Below are positions 50,501-64,000 of a stretch of DNA of 64,000 nucleotides, piece by piece (within the stretch, counting starts at the first letter, position 1; every line of letters begins with the position of its first letter). The position numbers were made by a program, and so were the translations under genes. The notes under the pieces are model-generated. The model saw only the letters and a program-made list of their open reading frames with translations. It ran no database searches and had not been told where the DNA came from. Source of the stretch: Sphagnum compactum (lineage: Eukaryota); the NCBI GenBank assembly GCA_965153455.1, contig OZ234493.1, forward strand, positions 6,500,213-6,564,212, given 5' to 3'.

Positions 50501-53500
50501 TGTTCAAGGGATTTTATTTTCCATTTTGGAATGTAATGAGTATGTGAAATATTAGCAATCATAAGAAGATTCTTTTTGTAAAATGAAATTCTAATAGTCC
50601 AAAGTAAGAAGGTCAAGGGCATACAAATAAATTTTCATGGAATCTAACTAAAGTGATGTTATATGAATATATTTGTGAGGAGAAAATAGTGTTCAAGGGG
50701 TATTGGACATTATGTTTTGAAATGAAAACTTTGAAAATGTTTCATCCAATTGGGGTCAACTAGTATTATTTAATAAAATGATAATATATGCATCTTTTGA
50801 ATATCTTATCAATTGATTACATATAACAAAGAACCCCTCAAATGTTACGAGTGCAATGAAATGTCACACTTTTTGTCCACTAGCAAAATAACTTATTTTT
50901 TTGTTCATTAAAGGCCCACCTTTCATTGTATTTGGTACAATTTATATTAATCATCTATATGTTCTTTTATTGGAGTTAGGCATACAATAGTTGTATTAAT
51001 ATAATTTATCAATGGTCACATAGGAAATAGTCTTGATTTTGATAAAAGTCAAGACTTTTTGGTATTTCAAAATATTTAGATCACATGTCGAAATTTCATC
51101 CATTCAACTAAACCAACCCCCAAATGATCATTGTGGTAATTGCTAGGTAATTGTTTATTGAACATTGGCAACATCATGAACTTTAAATTTTTCTATTTAT
51201 TTTGAAATAGTGGTTAGATATATGTATCCAAAGGATAAGATGGCCCAACATTGGTCACTACCATTTAACCCACTATTGGTTAGCATTTAAAATTCTTGCA
51301 TGTAATGAAAGGTTAATTGATGGGTTGTTTCCTAATATGTGCCATTGCCTAAATGACAATAAATTAAACACTATGCCAAAAATGACATTCTATGGCTAGT
51401 CTTTTTTTACTAGACTAATTGCTTATGCCATTTGTAGTAGAATCAAACCCATCATTTGTGTCATTTTTAGTTTTCTATGCCATTTATATAAGACTAGTCA
51501 TAAAATGTCATTTTTTGTCGTACTAAAATGAGGGATGCAAAAAGAAACTTGATCTTTAAAAGTAAGATTTAACAAATGACATTGACACAATTGAATCCTT
51601 ACCTTCAAGAAAATCATATAATACAATGCATTTTAAAAGGTAAGGTTGTGCCCATCTAAGAATGAAAATAATTTTTAAAGGTGAATTTTACCACATTCAC
51701 CAAGGTATTAACATGTATCATATTTCAAATGTCAATGTTTTGAATAATGGTCCAAATTAATTGATCAATGAAAAAAAATATTATACATTGTCAACATCGA
51801 TCGGTTTTAATGTTTTAGATCGAATCTCCACCCTTTGCACAAAAACATGGTTCATTTGACCAAAAAAAACTAATTAAAAAATCAAATCATGACATTTGCC
51901 CAATTGTTAAGCAAGCATACCACTAGGAGAAATTTACCAAAATGCAACCATTATATTTGTGATTATATGTAACTACCACATTCACTAATTGGATTCGGCA
52001 ACAAACTACTGAATAATTAATTAAATTTTAAATCTTAATTTCAGCACTTGGTTTTTTAATTCTGAAATTTTTAGCAAATAATGGTTATAAATAATAATAA
52101 ACACATTTTTAAAAAGTTTGTGGGGCAATCTAGTGTGCCTAGACAATCTCATTCTTAAATTCTTGAACTTTAAGGTCTATGGTTCAAACTCGATGGTTGA
52201 AATTTTCAGATTTTTAATTTTATAAAGATTGTAGCACAAGTAACAAATATTTTTTCAAAAATTTGGCAAACAAAAAATGATTTATTTGCTGAAATCGTTT
52301 AGGTACTATGGTATATGCCATTTGCAATTGGCTTTGGTTGTTTTTGCAACTATTTTCCAACTTTAACCAATTTTTATAATTCTTGTAACTATGTTGTCAC
52401 TAGATTGCAACTATTGGTTTTTTTATCTTTCCATGTGAACAACTTTTTAATTGTTTTCATCCAAGAATAGGTATGTATGTCCCATTAGCCACAATAGTAC
52501 CAAAATTAGTCACACCATTATGGCATGGACCTAACCCCTATAGGTACACCAAGTGAATTAAAAATATATTAAGGGCATATATATGTAGGGATGTATTAAA
52601 GCTATATTAAGGTTATATTATACATATACTAAAGGTGTATTTATAAGGATGTAGCAAAAACCTAACCTAAGTACCTACTTGCCTACCTACCTTGTCATAA
52701 GTAAGCACCTAGGTAAGTAAGTAAGTAAGTAAGCAAGTAGGTAGGTTAAATTAAGCTAGGTTAATAGGTAATAAGTTAAATTAATTAATATGTTAAGTAC
52801 TAAGGTGGGGAAAATGGGATAATAGGAACCACACAAGTCCTTCTGGTGAATGTTTATTTGAAAATTTTCTTGATATATTTTCATTTGTAAGTTGCATAAA
52901 ATCATCAATTTTTAAAAAAGTTTACAAGATGTTGCATTGTAAGATCTAATGTAAAGATATGTTTTAAAATCTCCCCACTATTAGGATTTTTTACAATGTT
53001 TATAGGCATTGGTCGTAGTTGTTTAATGATTGTATTCAAAAACAATATTCTCATTGAATTCAATCTTAATCATACCGCATATTTCCATAATATATTGGAA
53101 ACATTTTCTAGATTATTTTTTTAACGGCTTACAACATTAATATAATTTTTGACACTAAAACATAAAAATTAGAAGGTGATTATGATCACAATTTGTGCTT
53201 CCTAGATCACGAAAATAAAACAAACATATATAACCACATTATTTGCGACTAAATGCGCCTCTTTGTGATTTGCAACTAACATTGGTCATTTTTGCACTTA
53301 TTCCTCATGTTTGGTCATGCTTGCAACTAAATTACAACTAATTTACAACTATTGTGATTTTCATCCTTCCATGTGACCTATATTATGGGTACACTATATC
53401 AAGGATATGTTGAGATAGATTAAGATACTAAAACATCTTTAAAATATATATGAAATGTATGAAAGCCATATTAATACAAGTGTATCCAAGGTTTATTAGA

Positions 53501-55687
53501 CCTATTGAAATTATGTATTTTGACATTAATTAATATTAACAGTATAATTTAATATTTAATATTATAGATAATAAAAATTATAACAAGTGAAAACATAATA
53601 ATAATAATGATATTAAAATAATTAGCACAAGGAACTGATTACAAAAATAAAATTTCAAAAAAATTTATCAATAGTTTCAAATATTATTTTTTATTAATTT
53701 CTTTATCATAGTAATAAATAATTGTTTTTCATTAATTTGAAAGTCATATTATTACAATAATTATTATTTTAAAATATTATACCTACTAAAGTGATTATTA
53801 CTAATTTATTTGTTTTTATTTAATATTATAAATTATAAACAAATAAGAGTTAAAACAAGTAAGATGATAATAATACTATTAATAATAGTAATAATAATAT
53901 AACTTTCATAACTTAAGTTGGCTACTCACTACAATGGTAATTAATAAATATTTTTACTATTCATTTTTTCTATTATTATCTTGTAATTATTATTTTAATG
54001 ATTACCAACAATGCCATATCTAATTGAATTGTCATTTCATTATTCTAGTAAAGTTTGTTTACCAAATTTCATTTACAACAATATTATTATTGTTATTAGT
54101 ATCACCATTGTAAATAGTGAGTACAATAGTCCTATGAATATTTTCATTTTCCATTATGCCTATTGAAATAACTATTATTATTTTTAATTTTTTATCTCTT
54201 TAGCTATCCTTTTCAAATATTGAATACTATAAATAACAGAAATTATAAAAAAAAGAAATAATATCAAAATAATAATAATAAATTAGCTAGGCTAAGCTAA
54301 CTACAAGTTATAGAAATGCTTTAATAAATATTTTTATTTTTATTTTCATTATTTATTTCCATATTATAGACCTATAATAGTTATTGTAGTCATTTGCATA
54401 AATATTATATCTAATTATTATAATATTTATTATTATTATTATTTATTATTGCTGTAGTGATTATCAAAATATTTATATGCCCATAATTATCATAAATATT
54501 TCTATTAAATATTTATTATTATATTTAATAATTAAAAGTTATTAAAAGTGAAATAATAATACGAATTGAAAATAGATTTCCTAGTTTAATTACTAGGTAC
54601 ACAAATAATCTTATTAAATAGTTATATTATATTATTATGTATAATATTATTTTTAAAACTTTTCTGAATTACTAGTAGAGTTAGTATAACAATTTTAATT
54701 AATTTATATAATTTTATTAAATTATTAGAATCATTTTTAAAAATAATATTAATTACACTTATTATTAAAAACTTAAGTTATGATTAATATTAGTAGTATT
54801 ATAATTTACCATGATGATTAAGAACTTTAAAAATTAAAATAATAATAGCTGATGTATTCTAGATACTAGCAAATATATTATCATTATTACTTTTTGTTAT
54901 TGTATAAATAATAATTATTTTTACAATACAGTAATGATTCTATATTTAATTAATATTGGAATATGATATAATTATAGCAATTATTATTTTTTAAGTTTTT
55001 CATTATCATGAACTTTGGATTATCATAATTAATAATACTTATAATATGTCTAACCTAGGATACTAATCATTTTTCATAATAAAAAAATCATCATTATTAA
55101 TTTTTTTAGAAAATTATTTGTAATAATTAGTATATAACTAATAGATAAACTAGTTTAGTGTAACATAAAGATTAAAATGTAGTTGCAAATAAGTTGTGAT
55201 TAGTTTGGTGACATTTGCAACTAAAATGTTTAACCAATATATTTTGTCTTTCATTCTTGTAATGTAAGTGCAGTAATAGTATTCAAAGTACAAATTGTCA
55301 TCAAAAGATGAACTAATAAAATAGGGTGAACCTTAAAGGCCAAACTCAAAATAAAAATGGATTATCTCAAGCTTACCTAACTAGGTTAAGCTATGTTTTG
55401 CTTGCCTACCTCCCTAACCTACTTACCTACGTAGGTTAAACCTATTTTCTTATTTAGGTAAGTATCTAACCTATATACTTACCAACCTACTTAGATATTT
55501 ATTTGAATTACTTTGGTCAAATTTAATTAGTAAGACACATGGAAAGTTTTTATTACACCACATGTCACAATTTAAAACCATCCAAACATATGAATTGAAC
55601 ATCTTAGATTACTTTAAAATTATTAAAAAAACATATTTTAAATAATTAAAAAGTTAAAACACATGGCAACACATCACTTGCTTTCAG

Positions 55688-56478
55688 GGCAAACTTATTT
55701 TTAGGTGGTACCACTAGGAATGTCACACCCTAAATTTTTGAAACCCATCCAACTTCAAGACAACTTAGGATTCACATAAAAAAAGATTTTTCATTCCAAA
55801 TTATTTATCAAAAGGTTACCCAAGTCATGTAGAATTCAAAACTCTAATTAAATTTACAAAAAAATGTATTTTGATGTGGAAAACGAATGCATAAGGAAAA
55901 TGTTTTAGGAACGTCACACAACGGATTTTTTTTATTAGGTACACAAAAAAAATCTATTTTTAAGGAATTTTTCTTGGTTGTTAATTTTCAAGAATACTTC
56001 AAATGCCGACCTACTTAATGTCTTTTATAGATAATTGATTGAATTAATTTTCATTTAATTATGAATTTTTGAAGTCATGATCATGAAATCCTAAAGGCCA
56101 TTGATTTCAAGAACGCAAAAGATAACTATTTTCATCTTTTGTTATTTTAATGATTAGTTTGGATCATATCCTTGTGCATGTACTAAATAAACACAAAATA
56201 ATATCTAATGTGTAAATGTAAGGACACAAGTAAAAGAAAAAAATGAGGAATTGGGTTAGGAATGGTTTAGGAATCAAAATGTCAATGCATATTATAGGTT
56301 TTTGAATGTTCATTATTTTTCATGAGTGTGTGCATAGGTGGGGAAACCATAGCCCACCTAGTCCAATCAAATAAACCAATGTATAAGTAGATGACATTTT
56401 ATTTCTTAAATTGGGTCCAACTTTCCTATGATTTTGGCAAGGTGGTTCCTAGTGGCACCACCCAAGGAAAACTTTGCC
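55688..56478. mobile_element. TIR MITE-like element (~790 bp), copy 1; superfamily undetermined
   Basis: ~33-bp imperfect TIR GGCAAACTT...GGTGGTACCACTAGGAA / TTCCTAGTGGCACCACC...TTTGCC. Aligns end to end with copy 2 while the flanks differ. Confidence 0.8.
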
Positions 56479-57887
56479 ATTCATTGTTCACCAAAATAGC
56501 CATATATTATTCACATGTGACAATACATATATGGCCAATCAAAGGATGAAGACATATTTCATTGATTTTTCCTTCATCCAAAATCCTTTGTTGTTTGTGA
56601 CTAATTTTACATACGACTTGACTTTTATGATTATGGAGATTTTTATTGTAGAACCTATGACTAAAAACTAATCACAAAAACGAATCACAAATTTCAACTT
56701 TTCTTTTAGTGTATTAATGTGACTACACTCATGGTAGGTAGTTACCTTATCTAATATATAGGTTGTAAGTAATAGTTATTATGATTAGGTTGCAACTAGA
56801 AAATTTATCCAATATCTTTTGTACCCAGTTTCAAGTTTATAAACTATATAAGCAAATCCACTAAAACATTGAAAAAACACAAGAAGCATTACAAAACAAG
56901 TGCTATTTGGAATGAACCAACTAAAAAAGTTTAACCTTAAAGGCTAAACCCAAAATAACATAAGATTAATTACCTATCTACCTAGGCCTACCTACTTATA
57001 TTGACATTTTGAAAAGCCCACACTTTATAATAGCTAAAATTCTTGTAATTATGTTAATGATCAAATTATAAACATTATAATTAGCCCTTTTTGGTGAAAA
57101 ATATTGGTAAATCACCCTATAAATATCATTAAACATGTGACTAGTCAAAAAATCCATGTGAAAACTTGGAGATTTCAATATGAAATGAACTATATAAAAG
57201 ATTTGTAAAATGATGAAAATCATGGCAAATTAAATCTTTAAATATCAAGATTTTTTGTATTGGGAAATTTCAGTGCATTTTATTCTTTAAATATTTCATT
57301 TGATTGTGAGATATTTTTTCATTTTTATTTTGAGATTACTAGGACATATTTTTAAGTCCATATAGTTTGTGTGATAATACAGTGTCATCATTTCAAAAGT
57401 TTATAATTATGAATGCATTATTTTCTTAAAACTTATTCATGTTTTTGAATATGATTCCTAATAAAGTTTATTACAAAATAAACAATTAAATTTTTGATAA
57501 TGTTAACTTGTTGAATGTGGTTCTACATTTTAAATTCATTTACAATTTTTTAAAATTACAACTACGGTAGTCCAAATAGTCCCATTAACTTTGTTTTCAC
57601 CTTAAATAGGTTAGATATAGGTATAAATCTATAAGTATAAATACAACCTACCTACCTTCCTATAATTTATCTACCTACCTACAACCTACCAATGTACTTA
57701 TTGATGTACCTAACACCCATGTACCAACCATCCTATTACCTATGTACATACCTACACATTTACTCACTTACGTACCTATTTATAATTTTTCTTTTTAAAA
57801 ATGAACTTTCATAAGCTTTAATTTGGTTATGCAAAATAATTTATAAGAATTTTTATTTAATTATAAATATGATAACATATCATGTTC

Positions 57888-58675
57888 AACAAACTTATCC
57901 TTGGGTGATACCATTAGGAATGTCACACCCCAAATTTCTGTGACCCATCCAATTTTAAGACAACATAGGACTCACATAAAAAAAGCTTTTCATTCCAAAT
58001 TGTTTATCAAAAGGTTACCCAAGTCATGTAAAATTCAAAAATCTAATTAAATTTACAAAAAAATGTGTTTTGATGTGGAAACTGAATGCATAAGGAAAAA
58101 GTTTTAGGAATGTCACACGAAGGATTTTTTTGATCAAGAACACAAAAGGAATCTATTTCTTGGGAATTTTTCTTGGATGTTAATTTTTGAGAATACTTCA
58201 AATGCCAACCTACTTGATATCTTTTATAAATAATTGATTGAATCAATTTTGATTTAGTTATGAATTTTTGAGATCAAAATTGTGATGCCCCAAAGGGCCA
58301 TTGATGTCAAGAACACAAAGGATAACTATTTTCACCTTTTGTTGTTTTATTGATTAGTTTGAATCATTCCCTTGTGCATGTACTAAATAAACAAAAATAT
58401 ATATCTAATGTGTAAGTGTAAGGACACTTTTAAAAAAAAGTAAAGAATTGGGTTAGGAATGGTTTAGGAATCAAAATGGTAATGCATATTATATGTTTTT
58501 GGGTGTTTATTATTTTTCATGAGCATGTGCATAGGTGGGGAACACATAGCCCACCTAGTCCAATCAAATAAACCAATGTATAAGTAGATGGAATTTTATT
58601 TTTAAAATTGTGTTCAACTTTCATGTGATTTTGGTAAGGTGGTTCCTAGTGGTACCACCCAGGGAAAAGTTTGCC
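57888..58675. mobile_element. TIR MITE-like element, copy 2 (same orientation)
   Basis: Colinear with 55688-56478 over its whole length, with the same TIRs. Confidence 0.8.
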
Positions 58676-61600
58676 ATACATTCTATTTTACTAAAACTTC
58701 AAGTCCTTTTTTACCAAAAATGTCAACTTTCATGTGATATTTGATTAAATGTCACAATTTAATCAATTAAATAAATCAAATGAGACATGTCATTTCAACA
58801 ACTAAAACCTTTAAGGTGCAAACACATTAATAAGAGCCATACTTACCCACTTTGGTGACCATTTAGAAAGTGGGTTTGCTTGATAGGATAATGTGACAAA
58901 TTGTGATTGGTTGCAAAAAGGGATGGATTTAAAATTCATGATTTTTATAATCAACAAACATAAATTCAAGATAGTAAAATGTGACATTATATTAATATGC
59001 AAAGGTGTGGATGATTATAATTTACTACTGTTCATTAATATGTATTTTTATCACATTTCAAACCATTCAAAAAATAAAGAATAAAAAAGAAGCAAAAAAT
59101 AAATTATGATGTTTTAAAAGTGCTTTTGAATCTTTTATATTCATTAGATTCATTCCAAATTGTTCCACATGTTCTAATAATACATCAAAAACGCCTTCAT
59201 ATAAACACATTAAAAATTGTAACATTAGTATAACTTTTGACACTAAAACATAAAAACCAAACATTGATTACTAAGTCTACTCAAATTGACCATAAACCAT
59301 TTTTTAGTCAAAAAACAGAAGGTAATAAAATTGGATGGCTTCAAAAGTGGTGATTTTTTGTAATCATGACCATAAACCACTAATTAGGCTTTCAACAACA
59401 ACCTAATGGTGTTGAAGGAAGAGCATGAGGTTTATGCCCCCATTGCAACCCCGACATCATGACCAAAAGAAAATTGACCAAGTGTGATTTTGAGCTCCCC
59501 ATTTCATCAACCAATTGCAAAATATTGTCATCACCGAGATTCCCTCTACACATTTGTTAAAACTGAAGTATTACAATACATCACACTTTGTAAAAGACAT
59601 TGAATACAACCAAAGGTGACACTTAGAGATCACAACAATTATAACCTTTGCTTGTGTTGTTTATCTTTCTCACTACTATTTAATTTGCATTCATCATCAT
59701 TTACCTTCCATGATGTTCCATCATCCAAAAAAATTTAACTAATGATGATGATAGTTCAACTTTAATTAAATTTCTTGCAACAAATTACAAATGGCAAAGT
59801 CTTTGGTGAGGAAAAAGAAAAATCTTGTCCCAAATGTGTTTTATATTTTGCTTCATGTCTTCAATTTTGTTTGATTTTAAATCACTTCACAATATAACAA
59901 ACAATTAATCAAAATTTGAAAACATTGTAATGAATAATCCTTAAAAGTTGGTGACCATTGACAATTTCTTGTCTCAAATATTACATGGCACCTTGACAAG
60001 GGAGGGTTTGTGGGCTTGTGAGAGTTTGCAAGTTGTGTTTTCTTTGTGAATGACAAGGAAAGAAGATGCCTAACTTCGCAACAAAGAATTTTGTACATAT
60101 TCAAAATTCACAAATCATTACAAGGAATCTTGTATTCCATATCAACCTATGTGTTTGCAACTTGTGTCCAAATCAACCATTTTGCCAATTGCCATTTCAA
60201 CTATCTTCCATGGCACCATGGTAAAAATGACTTGTACTCACATATTGAATTACACAATGGTTTTAAGTTGTAAATGCAGTTATGACTTGCGACTATTGTT
60301 GGTTTGGTTGAAAATGAAAATGAAAAATGCATTCATATCATTCACAACTGGTGTTTAACAATAGATGAAAACTTAGTTGTTTTTGCAACTAGTAATTATG
60401 GTTCATAAGTGATTAAACAACATGTTTCGTCTTTTTCAACCTGAATTATGATTATATATCATAGTTGTAAATGTACATTTTCTAGTGGCTAAATAATCCA
60501 TGTAACTTGTCATGTTAATAACACCCTTGGGAAATCACTAGTATATTTTAAGAAGCACCTAAGGCAAAAGGATATTTTAGGTATATTTTAAGTATATATT
60601 TTAAAAATATTCTCAAAATGAACTATTGACACCTTGTTTACATCTAAATAAATTATATTTTTATTTTATTTCAATAAGTTGCACCTTTTTTTCTTCACGC
60701 CATTTGTAATAAAATGGAAGTGACCTCCTCAGGAATAACACTAGAAAGAAAATTTCCACTACAAGGAATTTGCAAATTAATGACTTGGTTTATGACTAAT
60801 TTTTAGTCATAAATGACACATGTGACTACAAATTCCCCCAATCACCTTGGACAAGTTGCATAGGATTTTAGTTGCAAAAGACATTATGTGACACTAAGTC
60901 ATAACGGAAGTCACATCAAGGTGCAACTTCCACGCACTTTTCATCCAACAAACATCCAACCTATGTGGCACAATAATTTGCAATTGGTTTTTGCAACTAG
61001 AATCTGTAGTGTCATATGTCTATGTGGCATGAACATTTATTACTGGTTTCTATGACTGAAATGTGTAGTCACATAAGGTGGTCCATAGTCGGCTAAGATG
61101 TATCCACATGGCAACAATTTATCCAACAATTGGAGAGAGATCATTCGCTAGATGATGTACATGTGGGCATTTCAAAAATTAGTTTCATACTATAAAATAT
61201 GGTAATTACATTCCAAATGGGTGGGTAGGATGTAGCAATGTGGCAAGCATCCGTCCGACAATTGAACATAGATTATCCAATAGATGATGGACATGTGGAA
61301 ATTAATTATAAATTATAAATTAATTATTTGTAAAAGTAAATATTATAATTACATTATAAAATGGCTAGGATGCATCCACGTGGCAAAAATTTGTGCAATA
61401 ATTGGAAAAATGATTATCCATCAGATCATGGACATGCCACAACAAATAATAATTTTGAAATGTTAATAATAATAATAAATTAATTTGAAATGTGTTAGGA
61501 TGTAACCACATGGCGAAAATCCATCCAATTGCTAGAAATTATTCCAAACAACTTTTTTTGGTTTATGGTGTGCCAAATATATATATATATATATATCACA

Positions 61601-62929
61601 AGGTCATTTTTGTAATATTGCAAAGATTAAAATGGTCCCCAATATTATTTAACTTGTAATATTTCAAAAAACATCTTTACGAAGGAAACTATTATTCCAA
61701 TACACCTTCATTGAATCACAATATCAAATTGTTTATGTAGACCAAAAAAGTATTTTAAAGTTTCAAAATCAAACATCACAACTTACATAAAATTCATAAA
61801 TTTTCATTATTGTCACTTGTTAGTCTAGATTTCTTCTTTAAAATTCATGTGAATAATTACATAACTTAAAATTTTGATTTAATGTGTCATTAAAAAAAAA
61901 CCATAAACCTCAAAATTTTGTCCATGCATGTCCACTATCAAATTTAGTATAAAACTTCCAAATACATTGATATTCAATACTGAATTTTCGCAACTAATAT
62001 GAAAATTTGAAAATATGAAAAAAGATGTAAAACATAAGTTTGATATTATTCTTTTACATTGTAGTTAGCTAGTATTTAAATTTGACAAAATACCAACATA
62101 GATTTTAAAATCAATACTCTAAAAAATACAACAAATAAATACCATGATCTAACAAAAATGGTCTATTTATTGAACGTTTGGCATGTGTGTAAATGAATTT
62201 CTTGATATGGGAGGCTCAAATTTTTCATTGGTTTGATGATTATTGTGTCCATGGGTGAAAACATGGTAAAGTAGACTAAAAAAATAGTTATTTCCAAAGT
62301 AGTTAAAAAATGGTCTAGTTTTTGACAATAGTAGAAGAAAGTAGATTGAAAATAATTTAAAATAACATAATAAAAGCATGGTGCCTTTTTTTGAGTTTAT
62401 AATGAGGTGATTACAACATTTGAAAAACTTTGGCACAATAAAAATAGATAACAAGTATGTTAAAAAATGACTAGATAAATTGAATTTCAAACCTACTTTT
62501 CCATTGAAAATTTGATGTATTCTATTATAATATTTCAATTTTAAGAATTTACAAGTACATTTTAGGGCTACATTGTGTTGAAAATGGAGAATATTCAATA
62601 ATTCATCTACTTTCACCTACTTGTATAAGTTTGGATAAATAAAAAAAGTAAAAAAAGTGACAATTATTTTTTAAAATATACTTGAATGCATATTAGATAT
62701 CTGATTAATCAACATCATTGTGATAAAATTAAAGATTATCCTCATGTTATGTACTAGTTAGAATCCTCCCTTCAACCCAAAGGTTCAAGGTTTAATCATT
62801 TTCCCAATTTTTTTTTCCGACAAACAAAATGAATGAAAAAAATCCATAGAACATTTGAATATTTTTTAAAATTAGTTGCCTTTAGGAAGTAACTTCTCCA
62901 AACAAAAGAAAACTAAATGTCAGTCCCAA

Positions 62930-64000
62930 ACAAATTCCCCTTGCAATAAGAAAAGTTCCTTGGTGAAAAATACAACTTCTCCGAGGAATAATGAATTTTC
63001 CTTGGGGAAGGGCCCAAGTTCCCCAGGGAGAGGGCACCTTCCTTGGGGAATAATGTACTTTCCCCAGGAAAGGCTTAAGTTCCTTGGGGAAACATATGTT
63101 TCGAATTTTCTTACAATCGTAGTCAGTTCATTTTTTTAACATATAGTCTTGCAACTTATCATTGGAAATGATTAGAGGAGAATTACAACTTTGTAATTGA
63201 AAGCACTTTAATTAGAACTCATATGCAAAAGTTATGATCAAATAAAATTTCAAACACATTTGTTCCCCAGGGCAACTTAAGCTCTTACTCCTCAGGGGAT
63301 ATGATTGTTTCTGAGGGAAAAAAACGTTTAAATTTCTCCCTAGGGCAATTTAAACTCCTTGTCCTCGGGGACATGATTGTTCCCGAAGGAACAATGAACT
63401 TCCCCCGGGGAAAGGCCCAAGTTCCCCAAGGAAACATATGTTCTGAATCTTTTAGCAATCACAGCCATCTCATACTTGTCTTTATATAGGCTTGTGACCT
63501 ATCATTGGAAAGGTTTTAATGAGCGGTACAACTTTGTAGTTGGAAGCACTTCAATCAAAACTCAAATGCAAAAGTTATGATCACACAATGTTTGGGATGT
63601 AGTTGTTCCCTAGGGGAATTATTCCCTTGGGCACACATGGTTGGCTCTTGGGGGAGCAATTCCCAGGGGGAACAACCTAAACCACGTTCCCTTGGAGAGC
63701 AACCATGTTCCCTCGGGGAGCAAATGTGTTTGAAACTTTGTTTAATCATAATTTTTGCACATGATGTCTAATTAAATTTTTTTTCAACTATAAAGTTGTA
63801 TCTCTCCTCAAAACCTTTCCAATGATAGGTCGCAAGCCTATATAAAGATAAATATGAGATGATTATGATTGTTAAAAGATTTTGAACATATGTTTCCCTA
63901 GGGTATTTGGGCGTTTCCCTGGGGGAAGTTCATTATTCCCTATGGAAGTTGGCTTTTCCCCTGGGAACAATCATGTTTCAGAGAGAAAAAGCTTAAGTTG
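62930..64000. repeat. Fold-back repeat with direct and inverted modules and many ttccccNNgggaa mini-palindromes; runs off the window edge
   Basis: The module ggaaacatatgtt...atcattggaaa...tacaactttgta...gcaaaagttatgatca is direct at ~63088-63240 and ~63430-63583, and inverted at ~63745-63897. Confidence 0.75.

Noticed and set aside
47600..62900. Short ORFs in the AT-rich right-hand region, including 62167-62616
   Set aside because: Low-complexity I/F/K/N-rich translations with no domain or splice support. Possible transposase traces near 59400-60250 were too decayed to call.

Overview
AT-rich land-plant nuclear DNA with spliceosomal introns. The repeats and gene style suggest a bryophyte, probably a Sphagnum-like moss (my impression, not database-checked). 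Three genes look intact: the first two coding exons of a UIM-containing MINDY-3/4-type deubiquitinase (minus strand, continuing off the left edge), an intronless wound-induced WI12/Wun1 (SnoaL-fold) gene, and an unusually long intronless DREB/TINY-type AP2 factor. Between them are intron-retaining gene fragments: a 3-exon PRMT4/CARM1 pseudogene, and a chimera in which an ANKZF1/Vms1 fragment is joined in frame to three exons of proteasome activator PA200. Transposons include a solo LTR with a 5-bp TSD, two oppositely oriented Copia pieces sharing one LTR family (one LTR split by a non-autonomous hAT, the other by a Helitron), three hAT-type non-autonomous elements with 8-bp TSDs, hAT transposase and Myb/SANT relics, and a twice-present TIR MITE. 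The least explained signal is a ~170-200 nt element in four copies with a conserved GGGAGCTGATG core, a downstream CTGA and, in two copies, a 3' hairpin. The last ~17 kb is mostly decayed AT-rich repeat with no gene I can support. All coordinates were counted by hand.
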